From: Promethearchaeia archaeon
Lineage (GTDB): Archaea > Asgardarchaeota > Lokiarchaeia > Sigyniarchaeales > SOKP01
Length of the DNA stretch: 64,000 nucleotides
Direction of reading: 5' to 3'
Assembly: GCA_029856155.1 (NCBI GenBank)
Contig: JAHQWL010000098.1
Span: 1-64,000, forward strand
Position numbers and translations under genes: made by a program. Positions 51,942 through 62,174 of the stretch are shown here, in pieces. How positions within the stretch are numbered: position 1 is the stretch's first letter; each line of letters begins with the position of its first letter. The notes beneath the pieces were generated by a model that searched no databases, was not told the origin of the DNA, and saw only the letters and a program-made list of their open reading frames with translations.

Positions 51942-52346
51942 TTAAAAACTTCCCCCTGAAGAAGAAAGAAAGGATATAGCTGTTATAAGTGGCACCACAA
52001 CAAAAAACACCACAACAACAGATCTTTTAATACCAATTCTGTGAATTAAATTTATAATATTTACGTCTATAAAGAAAGAAAAGAAAACCACTAATATTAT
52101 TATTCCCGGATCATCCCCAAGTTTCCCAATCATCCCATATAATATTAAAGGAGAACAAATGAAAATAATGACTCCCAATTGAATAACCCAGCTAGCCGCA
52201 ACCCATTTCAGATTTTTTTTTACCTCAGCTTTAGTAATAGCTAAACCAATTTTTAAAAATAACATATCAAAAAGTATCAACATTAGAGCACTAATAATTA
52301 TGCCCATTTGTCCTCCACTAAATTGAAAAATCATTAAACTCACCAA
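51942..52346 (-). CDS. Small membrane protein
   Basis: 134 aa, four hydrophobic segments. Confidence 0.65.
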   Translation of the reverse strand: MVSLMIFQFSGGQMGIIISALMLILFDMLFLKIGLAITKAEVKKNLKWVAASWVIQLGVIIFICSPLILYGMIGKLGDDPGIIILVVFFSFFIDVNIINLIHRIGIKRSVVVVFFVVVPLITAISFLSSSGGSF

Positions 52347-52518
52347 TTAAACATAGTAATTTTGATTTTAAAATATCACTTTATTTATAATAATTTTTAA
52401 CTATAAGAAACATTTTATTAAAACAATTTAAATTTATTTAATTAGTTTAGATTTACATTGATATTGTATTAACTGATTTGGAGGAATTATAAAAAAGATA
52501 ATAAATAGGTAATATGCA

Positions 52519-54498
52519 ATGGTAGAAACTAAAGATGAAACGGTTCAATATGACGAAGAAACACCAAGGATTGCTGTGTTTATATGCCAATGAGGTATAA
52601 ATATTGCTGAAATTATAGATACTAAAGCATTAGTAGAATTTTCAAAAATTCTTCCCGGGGTTGTCGAATCTTTAGATTATATTAGTCTTTGTACTGAACC
52701 TGGTGCTGAGTTCATTAAAGAAAAAATGATTGAAAGTAAAGCAAATAGATTAGTTATAGTATCTTGTACTCCTAAAACTCACGAACCCGTTTTTAAAAGT
52801 GTGTTAGAATCAATGGGAATAGATCCATCTTACCTTGAATTCGCCAATATACGAGAACATTCTAGTTTTGTACATAAAAAGGATAAACCAGGTGCCCAAA
52901 GGGTTGCGGAAGATATAATCCGATCTGCTGTAGCAAGAGCTTCTGTTTTAGAGAAAATTTTGATTAAAGAAGTTGATATAACAAAAACTGCTCTAATTAT
53001 TGGTGGAGGAGTAGCAGGATTATCAGCAGGCATTGATCTCGCTGAAGAAGGATTTGAGGTACATTTAGTAGAAACAAACCCTACAATAGGTGGTAAAATG
53101 GCTAAATTGGATCGTACTTTTCCTACAGATGATTGTAGTATATGAATATTGGGACCAGTAATGTTACAAGCAGCAAGAACACCTGGGCTCAATATGTACA
53201 CGTATAGCGAATTAGAAGAAGTTTCTGGTTTTGTTGGGAATTTTATTGTAAAAATAAGAAAAAAAGCACGGTATATAACAAATGATTGTAATGGATGTGG
53301 CGCATGTTATGAAGTGTGCCCCGCATATGGATATAATGAGTTCAACGAGGGAATGGATTCAAGAAAAGCTATATATGGAGCATTTACTCAGGCAGTTCCT
53401 TCTTTAGCTCAGATTGATATGGACCGATGTATCAAATGTGAATTATGTAAAGGTGTTTGTGAGCTAGATGCAATTGATTTCGATCAAAAAGATATAATTA
53501 TTGAAGTAAAAGTGGGTACAATTGTTGTTGCAACTGGTTGGGATGAATTTGAACCACCAACTGGATATTTAGGTTACAATAAATATCCCAACGTAATTAC
53601 TCAATTAAAACTTGAAAGAATGTTAGCTCCAAATGGACCCACAATAGGACATATAGTAAGACCTTCGGATGGAAAAGAACCAAAGAGAATATTATTCATT
53701 CAATGTGTTGGGTCAAGAGATTTAAACATGAATACATATTGTAGTTCTGGTGTATGTTGTATGATTTCTATAAAGAACAGTAAATTAATTAAACAACATT
53801 ATCCAGAGGCAGATATTTCGGTTGCTTATATGGATATGCGAGCTGCTGGAAAAGATTATGAAGAATACTTCACACTTTCAAGAAAAGAAGGTATTAAATA
53901 TATAAGAACAAATATCAGTAGAATAAAGGAAGATCCAGATACACATAATTTAAAAATAATTATGCAAAATACCTTAGGATCAGGTGGATTAAGAGAATTT
54001 GAATTTGATTTAGTAATACTCTCTGCTGCGATGGTTCCTCCTACTGGTATTAAAAAAATCGAAAAGTTACTTAAATTAGAAACTAGTCAAGATGGGTTCT
54101 TTAAAGAATTTCATGCTAGATTAAATCCTATTGATTCAAAAATTCCCGGAATAGTTCTTGCAGGAGTTAGTCAAGGTCCAAAATCTATAGTTGAATCTAT
54201 AGCACATGGTAGAGCAGCTGCATCTTCAGTTGCTAGACTTATGGGTAAAGATAAATATCGGATTTTACTGATTCGTGGATCTGTTGATAAAGAACGATGT
54301 GCAAAATGTGGATTATGCGAGTTAAATTGCCCATACAATGCTATAACTCTAACGGAGGAGGGAGCTGAAGTGAATGAGATCTTATGTAGGGGTTGTGGGA
54401 GTTGTTTAGCTAACTGTCCTTCAGAAGCTATAACCCTTAGATATTATAGAGAACCACAATATGAAAAACAAATAGATGCAATATTAGAAGAAATATAA
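52519..54498 (+). CDS. hdrA: Heterodisulfide reductase subunit A, selenoprotein (Sec at TGA 52591 and 53143)
   Basis: Single frame ATG 52519 to TAA 54498 (659 aa): IAVFICQ*GINI, IGGGVAG, LDRTFPTDDCSI*ILGP, QCVGSRD, multiple CxxCxxC. Confidence 0.93.
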
Positions 54499-54511
54499 AG
54501 GGGTGAATTGA

Positions 54512-54982
54512 ATGACTCAAGCATCAAATAATGATATAAAAATTTTAGCATTCCTTTGTTGGAAATGAGGGTATGGTGCTGGAGATATGGCTGGAACGAT
54601 TCGAGCACAATATCCCGCTACATTACGACCGATTAGGATCAATTGCTCAGGAAGAGTAACACCATCTTTGATGATGCGTGCAATAGGTAAAGGTGCTGAC
54701 GGGGTTGTTATTGGAGCTTGATACAAGGGAGAATGTGATTATGAAACTGGAAATAAAGTTGCTGAAAGGAATGTCATTTATACACAAGAAATTTTGAAAA
54801 CAATTGGACTCTCCCCAGAACGAATTCAAATGTTTCATTGTAGTGCCGCTGAGGGTACGCGATTTCAAAATGAGGTAACTCGTATTTCAGAAACAATCAA
54901 AAATCTAGGCAGCAATCCTTTAAAAGATTCTAATTCTTCTAAGAAAGAGGAGAAGGAATCAAAAAAGAAAAAAACCGAATAG
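54512..54982 (+). CDS. mvhD: Hydrogenase iron-sulfur subunit MvhD/VhuD, selenoprotein (Sec at TGA 54566 and 54719)
   Basis: 156 aa: LAFLCWK*GYGAGDMAG..RINCSGRV..GADGVVIGA*YKGECDY..GLSPERI..CSAAEG. Confidence 0.92.
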
Positions 54983-55039
54983 AATGACCCCTTCAAGTAA
55001 ATTTTAGTTGAATTGGGACTAACCTTGTGAAGGTTTCGG
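54975..55039 (+). promoter_or_regulatory. SECIS-like element (eukaryote-type AUGA...GA core)
   Basis: AUGA 54984-87 / GA 55017-18; helix CCCCUUCAA/UUGAAUUGG with two C-U mismatches; AAA in apical loop; lower pairings UAG/CUA and CCGAA/UUCGG. Confidence 0.7.
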
Positions 55040-55147
55040 AATTCAATATTTTTAAATTTATATATAAATTTTATATCTTTCTTTTAAGTTTTTATTTTAA
55101 AAACTATTTTCTAATTTACTAATCATTTTTATTAAAGTGAGTTTAAG

Positions 55148-56446
55148 ATGGGAAAAGATCCTGAAAAGCAACTAAAGAAAGCGGACAAACTTTATAAAGC
55201 AATGCAATACAAAAGAGCAGCAAAATTATTTAATACTGTTGGAAATAATTTCTTAGACTTAGGAGATTATAAAACTGCTAAAGAGTGTTTTTTTAACGCC
55301 GCTAAAAGTGCTATTAATGAAGATAAATATCTACGTGGTTTAGAATTTCTAAGGAATGCGGCAAATGCAGCTCTTCTTAATAAAAATTTCTCTGAAGCTT
55401 ATCAATTCTATACTAATGCACTTAACTATGTTCCTAGTTTACACGGTACTTCAGATCGCGATTATCAATTCATATTATTTTCAAGTTTATCTTATTTATG
55501 TTTGTTTTTAGAAGGAAAACAAGAGGAAGGTCTAAATTTAGTGAAAAAGACAAAAACCTTTGTAAATGATATTTATTTTAAAGAAAATTATTTAATCAAG
55601 TTAATTAAGGATTTAACAGTTGCTACAAAAGATATTAAAGAAAATTATTTAAAAAAAATTGAAAATGATTTTGAGAATTTTAAATTTCATGAAGGTGAAA
55701 GTTATCTAGCAAAACTTGCATTAGTATTAGCAAAAACTATTGTCACTTTAAAATCTAAATCGACATTTGATAAGAATGTATACACAACTAATGATATTAT
55801 AAATTTAACTATAAATGTTGATACAAAACCTCTTTTAGATATTTCAAATAGTCCTTTTTATAACTATAAAGTAAAGGAATTAAAAATAACTAAAATTGGG
55901 ATAAAACAGTCAGATAATTTCACAACTTATAAAAAACCTGAATTCCCAATTACTATAATAGCAGGTCAGAATTATCAAATAGATCTGTTATTTAAACCTC
56001 ATTTTCAAATGGAAAAACCTTTTATTGGTCCTATTGTGTTAACTTCTGAATTAGATAGTAATTTAAAATTCTATTATGAAATTCCTGAAACATTTTATCC
56101 AAATCTGATATCTCCTCCTCCCACATTGGATATATCAATAAAAAATTTGAGACCTCCTCTCATTGGTCAATCTTTTCCCTTAGAGATATTTGTAGAAAAT
56201 AAAAGTGAGGGAGATGCCTTAGATCTTAATATAGAAATAGAATTTCCAGAAAATCTTAAAGTAATGAGAGGTACATTGAAAAAACAAATATATTCATTAA
56301 GATCAAATGAAAATATGAAATGGGAAATTAATCTCAAACCACTTGAAGCTGGAGATTATTCTATTAAAATAAAAACAACATTTAAAGATCCAGATCAAAA
56401 TCAAATTGGAGAAATAAAAGATTTCCCGCTTTTGATAAAATTATAA
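55148..56446 (+). CDS. SNAP/TPR-like N-terminus + two Ig-like beta-sandwich domains
   Basis: A-rich helical repeats (AAKLF..AKECFFNAA..AYQFYTNAL); C-terminal GQSFPLEIFVEN...LKPLEAGDY. Confidence 0.6.
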   Translation: MGKDPEKQLKKADKLYKAMQYKRAAKLFNTVGNNFLDLGDYKTAKECFFNAAKSAINEDKYLRGLEFLRNAANAALLNKNFSEAYQFYTNALNYVPSLHGTSDRDYQFILFSSLSYLCLFLEGKQEEGLNLVKKTKTFVNDIYFKENYLIKLIKDLTVATKDIKENYLKKIENDFENFKFHEGESYLAKLALVLAKTIVTLKSKSTFDKNVYTTNDIINLTINVDTKPLLDISNSPFYNYKVKELKITKIGIKQSDNFTTYKKPEFPITIIAGQNYQIDLLFKPHFQMEKPFIGPIVLTSELDSNLKFYYEIPETFYPNLISPPPTLDISIKNLRPPLIGQSFPLEIFVENKSEGDALDLNIEIEFPENLKVMRGTLKKQIYSLRSNENMKWEINLKPLEAGDYSIKIKTTFKDPDQNQIGEIKDFPLLIKL

Positions 56447-56498
56447 ATTCAATTTGTTTTATATATCTCTATCTTAAAATAATAAGTGAGAAAATGAA

Positions 56499-58067
56499 AT
56501 GAAATTAAAAATTAAAGAAATTAATTTTGAAACTGGCAATACAAAAGACATTGTCTTAAATATTAAGGATGCTCGAGAATTAGGACAAAAAGCGGGAGAA
56601 CGCGTTATTGTAAAAAATATTGTATCAAAATCTATTGAAGAAAAATACTGGGTAGCAATAATTCAAATAGATTTCTTAGGTACCATTGTTGAACCTGGAG
56701 AGATTGGAGTATTTCTTAATCTTTTAAGAGAAAAGAAAGATTTAAAAAATGAAATGATTGTATCTGTAAAACCAGCAGATCCACCAAACTCATTTAGATT
56801 CATACAAAAAAAAATAAAAGGACAAAAACTTTCCAGCGAAGAAATTAATAATATTATCTCTGATGCGGTTTCTGGATCTCTCTCACGGATAGATTTAGCA
56901 GCATTCATAACAGGAGTAGCTATTAATAGCATGGATAACGAAGAAATGACTGCTTTAACTCTAGCGGAAACTAGGAGTGGAGAGATCTTTTATTTCGGAA
57001 TGGATGTCTACGATAAACATAGCACAAAAACCTATATTTCATAGGTTTTGTTAAAAGGCGGCGTCCCAGGGAATAAAGTATCTCTAATTATCGTTCCGAT
57101 TGTTGCTGCTGCTGGATTAACTATTCCAAAATCTTCAACAAGAGCCATAACATCCCCATCAGGTACAGCAGATTCAATGGAAGTCTTAGCTCCCATTGCT
57201 TTCAATCCAGAAGAGTTAAAAAGTATTGTATCTGAAGAAAATGCATGTATAATTTGGGGTGGAGCTCTTGAAACAGCTCCAGCAGATAACATTTTAATAG
57301 AAATTGAACGTCCTTTACATATGGATCCCATAGGTCTTATGATACCTTCTATTCTAACAAAAAAGCTTTCATTAGGAGTTAAAAAGCTTGTTCTTGATAT
57401 ACCGGTGGGCGAAGGTACAAAATTTCCTACAATCGATAAAGGAAAACAGTTTGCTTATTTATTTAAAGAAATTGCTGCAAATGTTGGAATTGAAGCAGAA
57501 TGCGCCCTCACATTAGCTCATCAACCTATAGGTCACGCTGTAGGTCCTGCTTTAGAAGCTAAAGAAGCGCTTACATTATTACGTGAATATTCTGCGGGAC
57601 CTAACTCTTTAATAGAGAAGTCTACTGATTTAGCGGGGATTCTACTTGAAATGGGCGGAAATGCTCTAAAAGGTATGGGACAAAGTTTAGCGAAAGAAAT
57701 TTTACGTTCTGGTAAAGCTTATGAAAAAATGAAAAAAATTATCGAAGCACAGGGGGGAAATCCAGAAATAAAACCCGAAGATATTGAGTTAGGACCACAT
57801 ATTAAAGAATTTTTTGCTTCTAAAGATGGATATATAGTTGATGTAAATAATTCAATAATAAATCGAATAGCAAAAACTGCAGGATGCCCTAACTCGAAGA
57901 CTTCAGGTGTAGAAATTATAAAAAAACAAGGTGCAAAAATAAAAGAGGGAGAATTAGTATTTAGAGTTTATTCACATAATCAATCTAAATTAAGAAAGGC
58001 GGAAAAAATTTATAATACAACAGGAGGTCCAATTCGTCTTGGAGGAATGTTGATTGAGAGAGTATAA
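56499..58067 (+). CDS. AMP phosphorylase (archaeal thymidine phosphorylase family), interrupted by a 30-nt intron; 512 aa after splicing
   Basis: ORFs 56499..57044 and 57048..58067 share one frame; DKHST|GGVPGNK, IPKSSTRAITSPSGTADSMEVL, APADN, LDIPVG, QPIG..GPALEA. Confidence 0.9.
57026..57055 (+). other. Putative BHB-type mRNA intron (30 nt) containing an in-frame TAG
   Basis: Central helix UAGC(57020-23)/GUUA(57050-53), bulges AC^A and AA^A, perfect 9-bp inner helix AAAACCUAU/AUAGGUUUU. Confidence 0.8.
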
Positions 58068-58096
58068 ACTAAAATTATATCTTTAAGAATAAGTAT

Positions 58097-59587
58097 ATGC
58101 CTTTAACTCCAAAAGCAATTTATGATGATTTAAAAAATGGTGATTTAGATAAATCCTTTGCGATAGAATTATTAATAACATTAATTGATAATTCAGAGAG
58201 CATTGAAACGCGAATAGAAAGTATCAGAGTTTTAAACAAGATACCATTAAATGATAATCAAACTTTTAAATTTCTAGAAAATTTAATGATTTCAGATTTA
58301 AATGAAAATGTTAGAAAAATTACATGTGAAGTTCTTAAAAATCATTATTTAGAAAAAGTCCTAGTTCCAATATCATGGATGCTTGAACATGAAAAATCAA
58401 TAAACTGTTTATTAACAGGAGTATCTATTCTCGCTGAAATTAATACAAATGATTCTAAATCAATTCTTATAGATAAATTGAATAGTATATACACTAAAGA
58501 ATATAAATATAACTTAAAAGATATATTTAAGATAAAAGATATTGAGAGTTATACAACGCAAGATCTTGCTGAGATCTTATTAAATTTTTATATTACCTCC
58601 TTTTTAAAAGCGAAATATGGTTTTATACATTATGAAATTGATGATATGGGGTTTATTTCAAAATTAGATTTATCTAATGTAGATTCCCAAGGTATATCTT
58701 TGCCGAATTTTCTTGATTCAATTTTTTCTCTTAAATCACTGAAGTATTTTGACTTACGATTTAATCATTTAATTCAATTACCAGAAATTTCAAAAGGATC
58801 AGCTTCTGTAATTTCTATAGATTTAGGTTATAATCATTTAATTAGTCTACCTGATTCTATTGAAAAGTTAAAGTCATTAAAAGTCTTAAATTTAAAATCT
58901 AATAGGTTAAGATCTCTTCCTGACACGTTAGGTAATCTATCATATCTTCAAATCCTAAATTTAAGAAACAATATGCTGAAAAAGATCCCTAGATCAATCT
59001 CATCTCTTAAATCATTAAAGAATTTAGATTTACATGGAAATAAATTAAGTTCCTTTGAAATAAAATTAAATTATTCTATAGAGGAACTTGAATTTGGATG
59101 GAATAATTTTTTAAAATTTCCTACTAATATTAAATATCTTACTTCTTTAAGAAAATTAGGTATGAGTGGAAACAAAATAAAGAAAATACCAAGATGGATT
59201 TCTTTATTACATTCATTAGAAATATTAGATTTATATGATAATGATATATCAAGCTTACCCGATTCGATGGGTGACTTAAAAACATTAAAAATATTAACTC
59301 TACGAAATAATCATCTTTCTACTCTACCTAAATCGTTTATTTATTTAAAAAAACTGAAGACACTTAATTTAAGCTGGAATAATTTCAATTTTTTACCTGA
59401 TTGGATTGGAGAACTTTCTTCATTAGAAGAATTAAATTTATGGGGAAATAAACTTGAAACACTCCCTAAATCAATCAGTTCATTATCAAATCTAAAAATA
59501 TTAGATTTAACTTTCAATAGATTTGAACAAAGTCCAAGATTTTTGAAAGAATTAGAAAGAAAAAATAGACTTATTGTAAAAATTTAA
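58097..59587 (+). CDS. HEAT-like N-terminus + leucine-rich repeat protein
   Basis: ~12 LxxLxLxxNxLxxLP repeats. Confidence 0.88.
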   Translation: MPLTPKAIYDDLKNGDLDKSFAIELLITLIDNSESIETRIESIRVLNKIPLNDNQTFKFLENLMISDLNENVRKITCEVLKNHYLEKVLVPISWMLEHEKSINCLLTGVSILAEINTNDSKSILIDKLNSIYTKEYKYNLKDIFKIKDIESYTTQDLAEILLNFYITSFLKAKYGFIHYEIDDMGFISKLDLSNVDSQGISLPNFLDSIFSLKSLKYFDLRFNHLIQLPEISKGSASVISIDLGYNHLISLPDSIEKLKSLKVLNLKSNRLRSLPDTLGNLSYLQILNLRNNMLKKIPRSISSLKSLKNLDLHGNKLSSFEIKLNYSIEELEFGWNNFLKFPTNIKYLTSLRKLGMSGNKIKKIPRWISLLHSLEILDLYDNDISSLPDSMGDLKTLKILTLRNNHLSTLPKSFIYLKKLKTLNLSWNNFNFLPDWIGELSSLEELNLWGNKLETLPKSISSLSNLKILDLTFNRFEQSPRFLKELERKNRLIVKI

Positions 59588-59613
59588 TTGATAATGAAAA
59601 GGAATGAAATAAA

Positions 59614-59859
59614 ATGGGAAAAAAATCTATTATCGATATAGAAATTAATGAAGATAGATGTACTGGATGTCTAATCTGTGAATTATGGTGTTCTTATACT
59701 AATTATAAGATTTTTAATCCTTCACGAGCAAATTTAAAAATTCAAGATAGATATGGTTTAAGTCCTAAAATTATTTTCTTAGACACTTGTAAGAAATGTG
59801 GTCAATGTGCTCAACATTGTCTTTATGGTGCGCTAAATATTCTGGAGGGATCAAACTGA
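59614..59859 (+). CDS. 4Fe-4S ferredoxin (AOR small-subunit-like)
   Basis: CTGCLICELWC, CKKCGQCAQHC; TGATG overlap with aor. Confidence 0.85.
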   Translation: MGKKSIIDIEINEDRCTGCLICELWCSYTNYKIFNPSRANLKIQDRYGLSPKIIFLDTCKKCGQCAQHCLYGALNILEGSN

Positions 59860-61760
59860 TGGAATGGAAAGGATATACTGGTAAAATAATTAATGTTGAT
59901 TTAACAAATAACAAAATTTCTGTTTCTACAGAGTCTGAAAAAGATATAAAACAATTCATTGGTGGTTTCGGGATGAATTGTAAACTTGGCGCAGATTTAA
60001 CTAAACCTAAGATTAATCCCCTATCAATTGAAAATCCAATTATAATAGGTACAGGACCCATGGTTGGAACAATTACCCCAGGAGCATCGCGAACCGTTGG
60101 CTTTACTAAATTTCCCGCTACTGGAGCAATGGCTAACTCGTGCGGCAGTATGAGCTTTGGATTTAATCTTAAACAAGCAGGTTTTGATCATATAATAATC
60201 ACTGGAAAGGCTGAAAATCCTTCTTATTTATTAATTATTAATGATGATATTGATCTTTGTAATGCGAAAAATTTATGGAATAAGGATATAGTAGAAACAA
60301 CCAATGCTTTATGGAAAAATTATAGCTCTTGTGGAGTTATAGCAATAGGGCAAGCCGGGGAAAATTTAGTAAAATCTTCACTAACTTTAATAGACAAAAC
60401 TTCGACATTTGGACGAGGTGGTTTTGGTGCAGTAATGGGATCGAAAAATCTTAAAGCAATAGTCACTCAAGGAACAAAAGGTATTGCAATTGCATATCCA
60501 AAAGAATTTAACAAACTATACAACAAACTAATTGAACGAATTCGCAGTTATCCTCAGAGAAAGTCATGGATTGATTTAGGAATGCTAAGAAGCTTGCCTG
60601 TTGGAATGCTATTAAATGCGCGGGGTAATAAGAAAAAAGCACGACAATGCGGTGAGCGAGAATATCTTAAAAAGATGAAAAAACGCCGAATTGCATGTCC
60701 TTCATGCCCCATGGCTGATAAGGATATCCTTGAAATTAAAGAGGGAGAATTTAAAGGATTAATAAATTATACTTCATCCGTAATTAATCCGCTTCTTACA
60801 TTCATACTGGAGGGACTGGAAAATTCTGCTCAATGTATTAAAATGTTTGACATTATAAACAGATATGGATTAGATTCACTCACTATTACATCACTATTTG
60901 AATTTTTAGATAGATTATATAAAGAAGGAATTCTCACTAAAAAAAATACAAATTTTAATTGGAATAATGATTTCAAAACAATTATTAAACTAATTGAGAT
61001 GATTGCTTTTAGACGGGGATTCGGAAACCTTTTAGCGGATGGGTGGAAGGAAATAGCTACAAGTTTCGAGAATGTTAAAGACAAAATGCTTACAATAAAA
61101 AATCTCGATGTAATTTTCGAACCTCGATTATTGCGCTTGGGAACTATGGAATTTGAACAAGTAGTAAATCCCAAGGGTGCCCATGTTGCCTCAGGTGGCT
61201 CGCCAACCTATGTTGGAGCTGCTGGCTCCTTAAATAAATTTAAAACCCATTTTAAAAGAATGGGAGTCCCAGACATGGCTATAAAAAGAATTTTTTCACC
61301 TCCATTGAAAGTAATGGGAGTAAATGTGGGGCGGCTTACTCGATATTCTGAAGACTGGTATAGCGTTTTAAGTTCTTTAGGGCTCTGTGCAAGAGCACAA
61401 ATGAATCGCTTTTGGGGTCTTGAATCTGCTACTGCTTTTTATAACGCCGTTACCGGTATTGAACTGCGTTCCGAGGACTTGAGAGAAGCGGGTGAACGGT
61501 CTTGGAACCTCCTTAAATTGTTAAATGTCAAAGAAGGATTTTCCAGAAAAGAAGATAAATTTCCAGATGAATGGTTCAAATCATTAAATTATGGAGATAT
61601 ACAGCTTAAATTTCAAGATTTTTTTGGTGAAACTATAATAACTCAAGAAATTGCAGCACATCTACTTAATGATTATTATGATGAAAGAGAATGGGATATT
61701 ATTACTGGAAACCCAACAAAAGAGAAAATTATGGAATTAGGTTTAGAGGAATATTTATAA
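59859..61760 (+). CDS. aor: Aldehyde:ferredoxin oxidoreductase family protein
   Basis: GYTGKIINVDL, AGFDHIIITGKA, IGQAGENLV, GRGGFGAVMGSKNLKAI, CPSCPMA, YYDEREWD; ATG 59859. Confidence 0.88.
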   Translation: MEWKGYTGKIINVDLTNNKISVSTESEKDIKQFIGGFGMNCKLGADLTKPKINPLSIENPIIIGTGPMVGTITPGASRTVGFTKFPATGAMANSCGSMSFGFNLKQAGFDHIIITGKAENPSYLLIINDDIDLCNAKNLWNKDIVETTNALWKNYSSCGVIAIGQAGENLVKSSLTLIDKTSTFGRGGFGAVMGSKNLKAIVTQGTKGIAIAYPKEFNKLYNKLIERIRSYPQRKSWIDLGMLRSLPVGMLLNARGNKKKARQCGEREYLKKMKKRRIACPSCPMADKDILEIKEGEFKGLINYTSSVINPLLTFILEGLENSAQCIKMFDIINRYGLDSLTITSLFEFLDRLYKEGILTKKNTNFNWNNDFKTIIKLIEMIAFRRGFGNLLADGWKEIATSFENVKDKMLTIKNLDVIFEPRLLRLGTMEFEQVVNPKGAHVASGGSPTYVGAAGSLNKFKTHFKRMGVPDMAIKRIFSPPLKVMGVNVGRLTRYSEDWYSVLSSLGLCARAQMNRFWGLESATAFYNAVTGIELRSEDLREAGERSWNLLKLLNVKEGFSRKEDKFPDEWFKSLNYGDIQLKFQDFFGETIITQEIAAHLLNDYYDEREWDIITGNPTKEKIMELGLEEYL

Positions 61761-61996
61761 AGTATTATAGAATTTTTATAGAAATATCAATGTATGACTC
61801 ATCTTTAGTTTTTGAAAGATAAATATTTTCAATGCTACATAATACCTTTTTATTAAGATTGGTAAAGTATATTCCTTCAGTAATACCACAGGCAATATAA
61901 AAGAAATAAATGAAATCCTTATTATCTTTGAGATATTCAGAATTACTTAACCTAAAAATAGTTTTATTTTGGGATAGTTCCTGAATTGATATATTA

Positions 61997-62113
61997 AATC
62001 TACCTCAGCTTAAGGGGCATGTTAAAATTTTTAAAGATATAGGTCATTTTATTGAAGAAACTAAACCAAAAGAAATTGCTAACGAAATTATTAATGTTGC
62101 TGGATTAGTTTAA
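61997..62113 (+). pseudogene. C-terminal remnant of an alpha/beta hydrolase
   Basis: ..HVKIFKDIGHFIEETKPKEIANEI.. (catalytic-His motif GHFxxExxP); upstream frame broken. Confidence 0.45.
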
Positions 62114-62174
62114 ATTTTTAATTAAATTTACACATTTATAATAAGATTATTATCGAATTATTTGTTAAATTTAC

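Noticed and set aside
52591-54721. hdrA/mvhD as pseudogenes, or a UGA=Trp/Gly genetic code
   Set aside because: All four stops are TGA at conserved Cys sites with a SECIS-like hairpin downstream; TGA terminates other genes (e.g. 59857-59859) and TGG is used for Trp.
57042-57044. Pyrrolysine or amber readthrough of the TAG in AMP phosphorylase
   Set aside because: Readthrough would leave a 10-aa insertion in the phosphate-binding loop; BHB excision restores the motif exactly.
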